A stretch of DNA of 64,000 nucleotides from Moniliella sp. 'wahieum' (Eukaryota): contig RSEE01000107.1 in assembly GCA_003971905.1 (NCBI GenBank), forward strand, positions 1-64,000. The letters are read 5' to 3'. Numbering within the stretch: the first letter of the stretch is position 1; each line of letters opens with the position of its first letter. The notes beneath the pieces are model-generated. The model had not been told where the DNA came from. It ran no database searches and was given only the letters and a program-made list of their open reading frames with translations. The translations under genes were made by a program, and so were the position numbers. Below are positions 52,799-64,000 of the stretch, one piece after another.

Positions 52799-55700
52799 GT
52801 TGTGAGTGGAAAGTGTTATAACCAGGGTGGTTGAATGATTGCATCTGAATCCCGTCTTTTCGCCAGTACCCATAAGTCCTTCAAGCAAGCTCAAGGAAAA
52901 GAAACAAAGAGTAAGGGAAGCGATGCAAAGAAAGCAAGGGGGTTGAGGGACTGGCGCAATCAAGAGCGCAAGCGAGGGTTCACACAACCATTGCGACAAG
53001 CGCAGGAGAACACTAGCACCGTGAAACAATCCCAGTCAAATTCAGTCAAATTCTCTATTGTTTGGATCTCTAAAAGCTCACGACCCAACAAGTCAATGAG
53101 ATTGTTTGTTTCAAGGGATTCGTTCAGGGCAACTGGTGTAGTATCTTCAGCTCTGTATGGCAATAACGCCAACGAGATATCAGAATCGTTTTAAGCAGGA
53201 CGATGGTATGCTGGTTGCAGTTTATGTTCATTGTAACACTTCCTTGTGCGTGAATGAAGCAATGTAAGAATCAACGAGAGCGACCAGAATCATTATCTGG
53301 AATTTGCTTCTGCTGGAAATTGGGTAGCAATTATGTTAACCCCATGTGTTGCTTGACTTGCGTCGCTTGCGTAACGCATAGTCGGGGTGTATGTATGCCG
53401 GAGAGACTGAAAAGACACTACATTACCATCGCGTTGCACGTAAATATGAAATAATGGTAGCCCTGCGAAGATCAGGAATATGGAGCATTTTCGATGTCTC
53501 CTCACCTTGCTTACACAGGTTAGGACATGGGTGTATCTTCAATGAGATCCATGGTTTGAGTTCAGGCTGCAGCCAATACTAAACGAGTGTGAGGTTTTAG
53601 TGAAAGGAATACTTCACCCAGATAACACTATTCTACCCAAACAACACTATTCTCTTCATCGAATGTGACTGAAAGCTTTTGGTTAGTTGAAAACAGCCGA
53701 CAGGAGCGGGCCTTAATTTGACATGCGAGCAAAATTCGTCGATTGCACATTGGGCGGGAGCACGAAGCTATATACAGAATTGTGATCAGTGAAAAACGTA
53801 TCGAGGAAAGAATATTTAGCAAAAATGTTTGGTTCCTACCAAGGGAAACTATCCTGAAAGCCATCAAACCCCCCCAATTATGCTCGGTTTGGCCAGGCTA
53901 TAATAAGGCTGTCATTCGAACCCTGATGGCCAATTGATATGACAGTTCTGTCGGCCTCGCTACTGCCACAGGATGTAAGGTATTGGACTAAGCAGCTTTT
54001 GCGACTGCCTCGTTCAGAAGACTGGTGCGAGCTCGGAAGGAATGAAACTGACACAGGTGCGTCAAGGTGCGCGCGGTACTAGGAGGGATGTCAATAAGTT
54101 CGAATCGACTTGAGTACCAGAGACGCCTGAAGAAACGGGAGGCATACAACAAGAACCGCTTCGGGGCACACCTTATAACCGAAAAGAAAGGCAAGGCGTG
54201 AAAGCATATTGATATGAGCTCTGTTTTGGTCGGCGCAGTTGGATGGAATCGCCTGTGATATGTTGTGTCATCTTATCCCCTCCTGACTCTAGTACCAGGT
54301 GGTGGTTTTTTATGTAACTACCTGGGGATAGAGACGGCGAAGTAATTCTCTCGGCTCCTGCGAGTGAGAAGAAGAACTTAAATTAGAATACGCACTGGTT
54401 ACATGTCACCCAGTCACGCAGATCATTGGCACGTCACCTTAATAATTCTGCCGAACAACAACAAAATAATGAACATGGATCGATAGTCAATGTCCCGTGT
54501 TGCCACCGACCCTGCATATCCTTGGTGACGAGAGTCGCCTCTTGATGCTTGCTGCTGCCCTCTACTTCGGGACCCAACTCATTTTTGCCCCTTTGTCTCC
54601 TTGCGTAGTCTCACATTTCGGTGGCCGCTCCTCAATCTCTTGCCTTTCAGGTATGATCCACTCTGTTGAACAGTTTCCCTATAGTCAAAGGTTTGTATAT
54701 ACAGTGTGTTTTCATTCCCTGGCGGTCCATTAGTGCCTTCTGTCTCCATGTCGATTGAACATTCCAGGCAGCTTCTGCTCATGATATCGTTGTAACCCCC
54801 AGGAACCCTGCAAACTGTCTGGCGTTGTTGTAACCCTGTAAATCCTCTGACCTCATTAGCTACACTTTCAGAAAGGCACGATTTACCGTAGTCGTTTAAA
54901 CCACTCACTGGACATCATTGATTTCCCAAGGGGGTCCGTGTCGTCCCCCCATCTAGTCACTATCTAGTCACTCACACAGCTCCTATTTTCACCTCCAATA
55001 GAGTAGATGCAATTAGCGCCAGTGAAGGACGATTCACTCCGTGTCTGATGGGCTGTGGCCCCCAGACTGTGGTAGTCCACCTGGCGGTTTTCAAGGAATT
55101 CAATCGGTAGGAGAGGTCGGAAAGGTTTAGCGTTAAAAGCATTTTGGTGAATCTGAGTGGGGATAGGGTCAAGAAGAGGCCGCTTTGCATATAGCAGAAG
55201 TGTAACGGCGTAGTGGCCTCCCAGCCGAAGACTACCTTGCCTGACGGAGGTTCAAGGGGGAGCCAGCCCTCTGACTCATCGGGCAACGGGGGACCAGAGG
55301 TATAAGCCCGAAGCGCGAGCTTCGCACCAAAGAGTCATCGTCCCTCTGCCTTGCTAGCGGTAGCCTTCCTTCGCTGAGCCTTAGCGAGTCCGGTGTTGAG
55401 GGAGGACGCAAGATAAGTCCATTGGTCGCTTGTGCCTCCCATGCATTCGTACGGCGCGGGGGCGTTATATAGACAGCGAAGGCCCGTGAGCTATGCAATA
55501 GACAAACGGCATGCTGTGCAGTGGTCTGTTGCGAGGCCGGATGGTGATGCTGAAAGTAGACTGGCACGATCTGCGTGCAGATTATCGGCTGTTAGAAGGC
55601 GAAAGCGTGCGACAAACACCCACGGTGGCAACGGAAATGTTCAGGTTACTCCTGCGCATCGCCCTATGACATTACCTCCATACTACGTTCTTGGTCGCAG

Positions 55701-55918
55701 AGCGCAGAACCACCTTCTCCTCACACGTCGAGGGAGGGCATACTGTTGTCCAAAGTTGATCAAGTAGTGGTATTCCGATGACTGCTCACCGTGGACGTCA
55801 TTCCCCACTCCGGGCCAGGGTGGAAGACGGGTGCCCAGCTGAACCATACGAGTCGGGTGCAGTTCCAAGACTCGATGAGAGACCTTTTTTTTCCCCTTAT
55901 TCCCCACCAAATCCTTCG

Positions 55919-56413
55919 TCACCTTGACGATGCAGCAGTACTGTGGTAAAAGAAAACACTGTGTCTTGCTGACCTGCCGAGCTGGGTGTACGCGGTCCAC
56001 CAGTTTGATCCTTGATGCGTCCACGCGATGAACAGTAACCCCGACATGACATTTGCCTGATGGTTGGCACTGTTCCTCAGGGTCATCGAGAACAAAGAAT
56101 GAAAATCTTTTGTCGTGGCCGGAGAATACATCCCATCATGACATGGCATGGAAGATTGGTCCAGTTGGGGGCCGTGGAAGCGACCAATCGTCGTAATGTA
56201 ATTGTATGGCAAGGCTGCGGAGGCACCGGGTCGGGAAATAGCGAGGATAGAGTGGTTGATAACAATATGGAATTGAGAGATGGAAAGCTGAGATGCGAAA
56301 TGGCCCAAATCAGAGTAGGCAACTAAAGGAGGAGTTGCCGTTGACCCAGGTAGAAATGCCATTGGTCTGAAGACGCCATTGAATGCATTTTGTATGTGAA
56401 ACCCATGAACCAT
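55919..56413 (-). CDS. Hypothetical ORF inside the repeat-derived region
   Basis: About 165 codons from MVHGFHIQ, following a pyrimidine-rich leader. No domain recognised. Confidence 0.3.
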   Translation of the reverse strand: MVHGFHIQNAFNGVFRPMAFLPGSTATPPLVAYSDLGHFASQLSISQFHIVINHSILAISRPGASAALPYNYITTIGRFHGPQLDQSSMPCHDGMYSPATTKDFHSLFSMTLRNSANHQANVMSGLLFIAWTHQGSNWWTAYTQLGRSARHSVFFYHSTAASSR

Positions 56414-56798
56414 CGTTGCTAAAGGCAGGGGGCTAAAGGGAAACAACACAGTAGAGGGAAAACGGGGGGGGAACGGGGAGAGATACAAGGAACAGGGAGC
56501 AGTCGCCACAAGGAGAGAATCTGGGCGGGGAACAAGAAGGAAATAAAAAGACCTGCTGCGCTCCGTATACCCACCAGGGATGAAACGTGCCAGGTATAAG
56601 AACCGTACAAATAATTAGTAAAACAGACTACACGGCTGCGCGGGTTGGTATGGGATAAACCCAAGTTCCCGGAACAAATAGCTTTAAAGCTCGGCCATAA
56701 ACTTAAATGCGCTTGGCCATTATCCATATCTCTCTACGAGGAGGACCACCGGGCCTACGGCCCGGTCGGCTGGGGCTTCGCCCCAGCTTGGTGCTGCG

Positions 56799-56870
56799 TC
56801 GCCACCTTAGCCACCGTTCCCCCTTCGCCACCTAGCCACCGGTCCCCTTCGCCACCTTAGCCACCGTTCC
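56799..56870. repeat. About 26-bp tandem repeat x3 (TCGCCACCTTAGCCACCGTTCCCCCT-like)
   Basis: Read directly from the sequence. Confidence 0.9.
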
Positions 56871-57003
56871 ACCGTCGCTACCATTCCACGCTGGAACCCT
56901 TCCACGCTGGAGAGGCAAATAATATCACCGATACCCTGGCTGCGGGTGGCTGGGAACGTGTCCCGGGCAGCTGATGTAAAAAGTGCAGGGCAACCATCCG
57001 ATT

Positions 57004-57306
57004 TTATTATTACGGCACCAAGACGGCGGGCAAGTTGTTCGCGCATTGGAAGGAGTTGGCTACTAAGTCTCAGTGGAAATGGTTCCTCGCTCGGATGTCA
57101 ACCACGTCCCTCCGTGTCCACACGCGCTTCCTAGGGTACGGGACCGGATGGCGTGAGCCGGAGGGTCCTGATATCCTGGCGATCCCCTGGTCCCTTGACC
57201 CTGGTGGCGCCCCCAAGTAACCCCCGCAAGATGAACGGTTAGGTTTAGACGTAGCGTTCCCCCTGTCCCAGCCTTAAGCTCTGTCAATGAAATGGACGTG
57301 ACTTAG
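57004..57306 (+). pseudogene. 3' part of an unidentified degenerate gene, paralog copy B
   Basis: YYGTKTAGK..W...SQWKWF...MST...RVHTRFLGYGTGWREPEGPD...VPALSSVNEMDVT*. Many synonymous third-position differences relative to copy A. Confidence 0.7.
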
Positions 57307-57319
57307 AGATAATAGAAGT

Positions 57320-58600
57320 ACTTAGCTTAACCTCATGTTTGCGCCAGGGTTATATATCCGAGAAATTTGTACCTGTTTCATCCTAAGTTCGATCAAATGC
57401 ATTTTTTGGGTGGGTTAGGGTGTCCATTCTGGCCTGCGGCCACATCAACTTTCGCCATCGCGGCCTTAAACGTAGCGCTTCAAACTTGATGCCCCTTCCG
57501 CACCCAGGACTACACATCCACCATCTCTCCTGTGGCCACCTTCTGCCAAAGCAATGGGTTAGGTTAGGGGGTAGGAAGGTCATGACCAGTGTAAGCATAA
57601 AAACATACTGCCAAATCGAAAATGCGACAACGCATGGTCGACCAAGTCGGCTTCAGGAACACCGTCAACATAACTTTTGGACAAACTTTTTGTCACACGA
57701 CCGATATGGGCCAGGAGTTGTCCGGGTCAAAAGTGAACTCTTCCAGACCTCGGGGAACAAGCCGCTTGCGGACGGAAAACTAAGCCTAAATCCTTAATTG
57801 TTGCCGATCCTGCTCAAACCCATACCGCGAGCCATTTGTACCATTTCTGTCAGTGGCGATCCGTTCAAGGAAAGAGAAAGTGTCAGTATAGTTCAAAGTA
57901 ATCCTGGGGTGTGCGGCGAGAGCTGATGGCCCTGACCTTTTTGTGCTCCAGCAAGCGTTCGAAATACTGGCGTGGGTTGGACATGGCAAAGCCCTTGGCC
58001 AACGACTCCTGCTTCCCATTGATTGACAAAAAAGAGAACCCGAAGAGTCTTGATCTCGCATAGGCTTTCATCAATGTTGCCCTTGTAACGAGGGGATCGA
58101 TGAAATATGGATCCAATTCTCCGGCGAAAGGGCCAGAGCAGAGGGGGAATGCCAGCAAATTCGTCCTGATTAACGGAGCTCTCTTCGTCAGCGTCCATTG
58201 TACGGGGGAACAAGGTGTCAGCGTCAAGATCCAGCGCAACTTCTTCGTTGTTCATCGTCGTCGTCTGCTGGTTCAATTGACCCCGCATAATCATTTCACG
58301 AACCAACACGGGAACCAGGAGGGGGGGACTACAACGTAACTCTCGGTTCGTACTCCTCTTTTCCCTCTCCGCCTCGGAGTCGATGTCGGAATCGCTGTTG
58401 ACCCCACTGGTGCCACCAGGTGGTTCTTCAGGGGACGGTTCGTCACCTTCGAAATCAGTCTCCACCACGGGCTCCGGCTCGGGGTTGATACGTCGTGTGT
58501 TCCTCGGGCGGCGAGCGGCGTTGCTGGTTACTGGGGCGTCCTGACGGTGCGGGAGGGAGGCATTGTAGAGTGGCAGTACTGGCTCAAGAGAAAGATGATG
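57320..58600 (-). pseudogene. Degenerate hypothetical gene convergent with paralog copy B
   Basis: Chained ORFs 57893-58468 (acidic) and 57883-58239, continuing through frameshifts. No family recognised. Confidence 0.45.
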
Positions 58601-59040
58601 GCGGGAAAGGTGGTGGGCGGGGGCATGCAGTTCGCCAGCTGCATTGTGGTCGCTTCCCCACCAGGGGTTGGATTCCCAGGGGTCGATCGAGCTGAGATTT
58701 GCGGAGCGTGATGAATGGACTGTACCACCTCAAATTGAGGCCTGGGGCCGCTGTTTCAGCGATCATCCTGCATCACCCCCAAAACAGAAGCATGGTGCTG
58801 GAGAGCATGCTGTGCTGCCCTGCGACGTGAGGGGCTGAAGCCCGTGCGGGGCAGGTCGCTCGCACGAAGCATGTTAAAGTACGTTGAACGTTAACTGCTC
58901 ACCGACGGTCACTGGTAGCCGTACAGTAACCTCAGCCTTCGGGCTCTGGCTGGCGCTCAGCGAGCGCAGCAGCCCTGCAAAATAAGACCCGCATATACTG
59001 CCTGCCATGGGGAGAAATAGGTAAACGGACAGACAGTTCA

Positions 59041-59271
59041 TGTTGAGCCATCGAGTGGCTCGTGCTTTGGCCAATGTCCCTTCGCTCCTCCTCAGGCCTG
59101 GGAGTTCTGTTGTTTCTCTCTCCTGTTTTCCTTGTTCCGCAGCTTAGCCCACGGTGGCTACTCGCTGCTCGCTGTTCCTCTGTAGGTGTTGCTGGTTGGC
59201 TTAGGCCACCACCACCACCACCAGCGCGATTGCATCACCCTCAAGGACCATCTGGAGTCCAGGTCTCATCA
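59041..59271. mobile_element. Solo LTR, family A, copy 3
   Basis: 231 bp, TGTTGAG...CTCATCA termini, perfect 5-bp target-site duplication GTTCA (59036-59040 and 59272-59276). Confidence 0.93.
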
Positions 59272-60142
59272 GTTCAAGCCTACTTCCGGACAGAGACACC
59301 TGTTCACCTAGCTGAACTCTCTACAGCGACACCATCACCATCTCCCCAGAGAAACAAAATCTGCCAGCCGCATGCGATATCGCCAGAACCTTCCTTCAAT
59401 GGCAAGGAAACAAGAGGGTGCAATTCCTTCGCCCCCCGGTGCGCCGAATCTGATCGCTCAATGCTTGGCTGATATCAGTGCCAAAAGAACGCCTGGTACG
59501 CCCCCTCCGCAAAACATTTGGCGATTCAATAGTTGCTCGAGGCTAACCGCGCATGCATTGCCTGACAGGATATGCTACCTTCAAAGCCATCGGCATCAAC
59601 CAAATCTTGGTTTGAATCGGTACTATTCGGCATATTGCGCATCTCAAGCATGTCCTGGTGGAGTACGCATTGAAAAGCCCTCCAAAGGGCCAGAGTAACC
59701 TCAATTTGCGCCTGGGACAAGCGAGCACAGAGCAGCGCGAAGCCTACATACTGGCCCAAGTGATAGCTCAACGCCGCCAAGCTGCTGTGGGTGCGGCTCC
59801 TTCGCATACCGCCAGGAGGGCGCGAGACGGCGTAGGCCCATTACACGGACCATTCGCCGGTCCCACGCATCTGCTTTGGACGCTACCAACGAAGATGAAG
59901 AGTCTGAATAGTAATGCCTCATCAACTATGAAGCAGGTGTATGAACCACCAGCGACGAAGACAAAACTCTCACTGTTGGGTATATAGTCGAGCACTGGAA
60001 CACCAGTGGCGTTGATATTTAGTAGCTAGCATGCAAGCTATAATAACAGTGGAGATGATGTCTGCCTTGTTCGGCTTCTACCCTTTGGTTTGTGCTTTCG
60101 CAGCGGAGGCTCTGTGATCCTACAGCTGCTCCTATCGCAGCT

Positions 60143-60215
60143 ACATTGACTAGCGTAGTGGTAACGCGTCACTGACCAATCGGCGATGCCATGGGTTCGA
60201 TTCCCATTCGAGCCT
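60143..60215 (+). pseudogene. tRNA-like sequence (tRNA pseudogene or SINE head); isotype not assignable
   Basis: A box TAGCGTAGTGG, D stem GCGT/ACGC, perfect T arm ATGGG-TTCGATT-CCCAT and a downstream TTTT. The acceptor and anticodon stems are mispaired. Confidence 0.7.
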
Positions 60216-61742
60216 CTCTTTTCCTCACTATTTCCCCCGGGCTGTGCCTTCCCACGATGGATATTTCCAAAGCGGAGGCACTATACCGGCAAATAGATGA
60301 ATGCTACGGCGCTGATTCTGGGAAAACACTAAGGAAGTTTATATATGCCCCATAGGAAAACAACGTGCTTTAAACCCTAAGAGCCAGAACATGGAAATTT
60401 CATATACAAAGTCCGCAGCCGTGTACTCAAGTTCTCTACCTTTTGCTATCGTAACACGGATTTCGGTTTATCTACCAAACCCACAACAATCGTCTCTTCT
60501 CCGCTTGCACTCGTCTAAAATTCCAAAATACTACACATGGTTTTGACTTGGTTTCTCGCATCGTTTCTCATCTCGGGTCCGCTTTGCCCTTGACCCTCAC
60601 CTCGTCTCTCACCTCGTGCCTCGTGCTTGGTCCTCACTTCTCCCCCTCGACTCGTTCCCCTTTTCGCTGTAGACCTGTTGGCCTTTCCTTTGTTCCCTTT
60701 CTCTTCTACAAAACCTGCCTGTCCTTAGATCCAATTGTGATGGCCCAAGCGGCACACCAATCTCTTTTCCCCTCACCCTATTCTATGTGAACTCCACTCT
60801 AAAAGAACCACCTTTCTGATCAGCTCACTTACCCTCCCTCGCTCATCGGAGCTCCCCACTTTCTCATCCGGCCCCTAACGTGCAACGTCCTTGCGGACGC
60901 TGCCTGTCTCTGCCTGAAGAACAGCAAGCACTACTCGCGACCCTCCTACGTTCATGCCAGTGTTCCTTGGACTCTGGATCTGAAACGCGCTCAGTCCTCC
61001 GCGAGCCTTGTCTTCGATGGGTAGGGAAGGTCTCCGCGGCTGGGAAGCCAACAAGCCGGTTACACTCAGCTTGGGTCAGATCAGACAAGATCTGACCCTC
61101 ACGCCTTATTGGGCACATTTTCCTCGTTCCCATTCCAAAAAAGGGGAGACGCCATTGCCGTTGCGGCCATTCGACTAACCTGGAGTCGGCGTGAGGAAGA
61201 CGAAGAGAGCATGTAGGTCCAGCCGGGCCCGCCAGCCCGCTTTCGCCCGTGACACCTTCTGGTACTGGTTATGATTATGTTGCTAGGGTATTATGCCACC
61301 AACTTTTAAAGTATCGTTTTGGACACTTCTGGCCGGTGATGTGGGTAACTGAGAAGTCTGTTTTGAAGAAGGGGCTTCTCTCTTCATCAGTTCGTCCATC
61401 GTCTATCATCATTCATCGTTCACATATGTCCACACTATGCTCATCTGTAATAATTGCCAGAAAGACCCGACCTGGTGGCGACTCCAGTTCCTGCTCCATG
61501 GACGGCACACGCTGCGAGCAAGCACTGGGCGGGCGAATCTGGTGGGCGAATCTACTATTGAATAGGAACAGCGCTTCTCTGTCTTCTAATAAAGAGTTTT
61601 ACTAATACACAAGCGGAGTCAGAATGTGGGGCAAACCAAATTCGCGTTCCGCCATAAATTCCGCCCGGATGCTTCGCTTTGGGTTTTGGGGCGGATGGGG
61701 GGCGTGCGACTTGGGCGAGTTTGGTTTTACACCATCGGCCTC

Positions 61743-62274
61743 ATGTCCAACGTCCAGCAAGTGCACGTCCAGCAACAGCCGCTCCAGCCCACCTTCTGGC
61801 AGAAGCTCGGGATGGGCGCTATGATGGGGGCGGGGTCGGGCTGACGATTGGGTTCATTGGTGGGTTCCTTCAGATCATGCGGTACGTCCCCTCCTCTCTC
61901 CTTCTGTCCCTGCTTGTGGCGTAGATGGCGCAGAGCTGACGTTACTTTGGGGCAGTGCTGCCCTGGGCCACGCGGGGCGATGGCCACGCTAACTCAGTTC
62001 ATGGAACGTCGGCGGCTACATTTGGGTACGTGTCTCGTTCGTGCGCAAGGGGGTGAGCAAGGGGGTGGGAGCAAGGTCAAAGTGGATGACCTGGAAGCTG
62101 ACAGTGTCATGTGGCTCGGCAGGTTTTTCATGTCGATTGGAAGTGTGATTCGGAACGAATCGGGGCTTCCTGCTGGGGCAGAGGCACAGTGGGCCACGGC
62201 AGGCAGATCGCGCCGATTGTTATGGCTCGTCGAATGCAGGCCCCGCAGGCTCACCAGGCCCTTCGCGACTATAG
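61743..62274 (+). CDS. MGR2: Mgr2/Romo1 family mitochondrial TIM23-associated small membrane protein, 2 introns
   Basis: WQKLGMGAMMG..G.TIGFIGG..QIMR, GPRGAMATLTQFM..SAATFG and FFMSIGSVIR, with GTACGT-donor introns at about 61882-61935 and 62026-62123. The 3' end is uncertain because of frameshifts. Confidence 0.9.
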
Positions 62275-63487
62275 TTTGGTCGTGCCTCCCGCATCGTGTA
62301 TCCCTGCGTTTTCGCATTTTCCCCCGTGCCAGAGGTTCTTACGTGCGGGCAACGGCCTGCTTCCCCTTGTACAGCCCAATCATATTTGCTCTCGTTTCGT
62401 TGAGAGTACAAACATGGGTGTGCTGACACCTTGAGTTCTGCGCACTCAAGTTTAGTTGACCGAAGTGTGGTTGGGCGAGGCAGTAGCTGCTGAAGCGGAG
62501 GCATGCGTTGATCGAGGAGCATGGAGAGGCGGAATCTGCGAGAATGTGACCAATTCGATCTTTCTTTCATCGCTGGGATCAATGAGGTCGATGAGATCAT
62601 GAGACTGATCTCCTGGGTGAGAGGTGAGAGATTTTGAGAGATGAAACGAAGCACTTTCACGTCCGAAACTTACTTGTACCTCCAAGCTTTTGTCTTGGAA
62701 GACAGGTGCGTACTCCAAATTTGGCGTGGTGAGGATGGAACAAGAGGCCACAAGGAAGGTACATCGCCAGAGGAGGCTTTGGGTAGTCCAAGAGGTAGAT
62801 GTCGGTTGGCTATGGGTGGCCATCCTTCGATAGCCTTTACACCTTGCTCCTAGTATCCACTTTACCACATCCTCGATGCAGGTTCGGCCCCCGCCTGGAA
62901 AATGGTTAACCATCCCTGTCCCATTAAAAGCAACTAGTAGCTACTTATTACTGTAGCAAGTCATCCACCACTACAAGCATGTCCACGTCATTATTTGAGC
63001 CGAGCTTGGACATGTTCCGGACCGTCGCTTGGCCCATGAACACGGACGTGGAAGACACGAGCGCGAGGAGAAAATGTGTAAGATAAAGTGTACATGATTA
63101 ATAGTGTTCGTAGTAGTGTACCGCGTTGTATAGAGACCCAGCCAGAAAAAAAACGACCCCAGATGAGGAGAAAGCAGAGCGCCTGTCCCTGTTGGATGGC
63201 ACGATCGGAGTATGGGTACGACGGAAAAGGAAGAAGACTTGAGCTGATTGAGCAGCGGATGCCAGAGTGGTGGAAACATGTGCAGAACGAAAGCGAAGCA
63301 GCGGATGTAGGATGTATGAAGCACGGCTGATGTGGCCAATGACGGATGCGGATGCGGTCGATGAGGATGGAAGAGAGAGAGAGCGAGAGCCACGGGAGGG
63401 GGGGGGGGGAAGGGGAAGGTGTTGAGGTAGGAAATGCAGAAATGACCCGCTCCCAAAAAGTCATAATTCGAAAAGACGATGAAAACG

Positions 63488-64000
63488 TTAGAGGACCGCA
63501 ACTTCATGACTCGTGTCGTCCAAGATGGACGTTTCGCCCAACTCGTCAGCCAACTGATCCAGCGCAGCAGCCCGTTCGCGTTCCCTCCGCTCTCTGCGCA
63601 GTTCGGCCTCCTCGTCTTCCGACAGGCTCATTGTATCACTTTGCAGAGGCAGGTGAAGCGGGGGGATTGCGTGACCGGGGACATGAGCATGAGACTTGTC
63701 CGAGGAATGACTGTGAGCCGGGTGAGGGCAAGCAAATGACCGCCCATTCGGGGACTCGGGAGCGTTCCCATGCTGCTGAGCTGCGAGGGCCGAGAAGAGG
63801 AGAGGCGGTGGTGCTGCGGGCGAGAGGGGGCGCGGGAATGGGCGCGGGACGCGGAAGCGGCGCGTTGTTCTCTGATCCACGCTTGGTCCCGCTGTCGCCG
63901 GCGCAGGATCGGGTCCCAAAAGTGATGTGCTTTGGTCTGCATCCCGTACGCTTGCGGGGTGATCTCCAGCACGTCGCCTTCGGGCACGTCAATGTGCGGG
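63488..64000 (-). CDS. C-terminal part of an unidentified gene that starts beyond the window
   Basis: An open minus-strand frame runs from the window edge (PEGDVLEITPQAYG...FWDPILRRR) and shifts into ...EDEEAELRRERRERERAAALDQLADELGE...VAVL*. Confidence 0.55.

Noticed and set aside
55683..56024. DVHGEQ...YLINFGQ as a 2OG-Fe(II)/TET-JBP HxD motif
   Set aside because: The motif is imperfect, and no downstream His or Arg motif could be placed in any frame.
57410..57570. TTAGGG-like words as interstitial telomere repeats
   Set aside because: Only isolated one- or two-copy occurrences.
57559..57885. Six consecutive in-frame TGA stops on the minus strand, suggesting TGA recoding or CGA>TGA hypermutation
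   Set aside because: The first four arise from CTG-A/TTG-A in an adjacent frame that reads as plausible protein (LNGSPLTEMVQMARGMGLSRIG). A frameshift explains the pattern more simply.
59280..59990. LINE endonuclease-RT linker remnant (IWRFN)
   Set aside because: Only one short motif; insufficient support.
62452..62990. Possible small EF-hand-like gene (DLIDLIDPSDERKIELVTF)
   Set aside because: A single weak loop, and no consistent exon structure could be built.

Overview
GC-rich eukaryotic DNA, most likely from a basidiomycete fungus of the smut/Ustilaginomycotina type. This taxonomy is inferred from gene content, few short GTACGT...CAG introns with CTGAC/CTAAC-like branch sites, and low-complexity inserts in proteins. 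The left part (about 1-37 kb) is gene-dense. It encodes trehalose-6-phosphate synthase, an RRM+YTH protein, a GPI-type chitin deacetylase, a sphingolipid C9-methyltransferase tail-to-tail with a sphingoid long-chain-base kinase, an Amt/Mep ammonium transporter, an RNase H-fold protein lacking all four catalytic acidic residues, an RBBP4/Hat2-like WD40 protein, a Tra2-like RRM protein and several hypotheticals. The right part (about 37-60 kb) is mostly decayed mobile DNA around one Nbp2-like SH3 gene: three solo LTRs with target-site duplications, Gypsy and Copia pol remnants, a LINE-like remnant, and two diverged copies of an unidentified gene flanked by hairpin structures. A tRNA-like sequence and an Mgr2/Romo1 gene follow. 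Almost every conserved gene is broken by single-base frameshifts, most plausibly assembly error, so gene boundaries are approximate. The most unexplained signal is a recurrent intergenic micro-repeat pattern: many different A-NNNN-T hexamer palindromes chained through one spacer base, giving period-7 arrays with T-N-A junctions. No CRISPR array, rRNA gene or intact transposon was seen.
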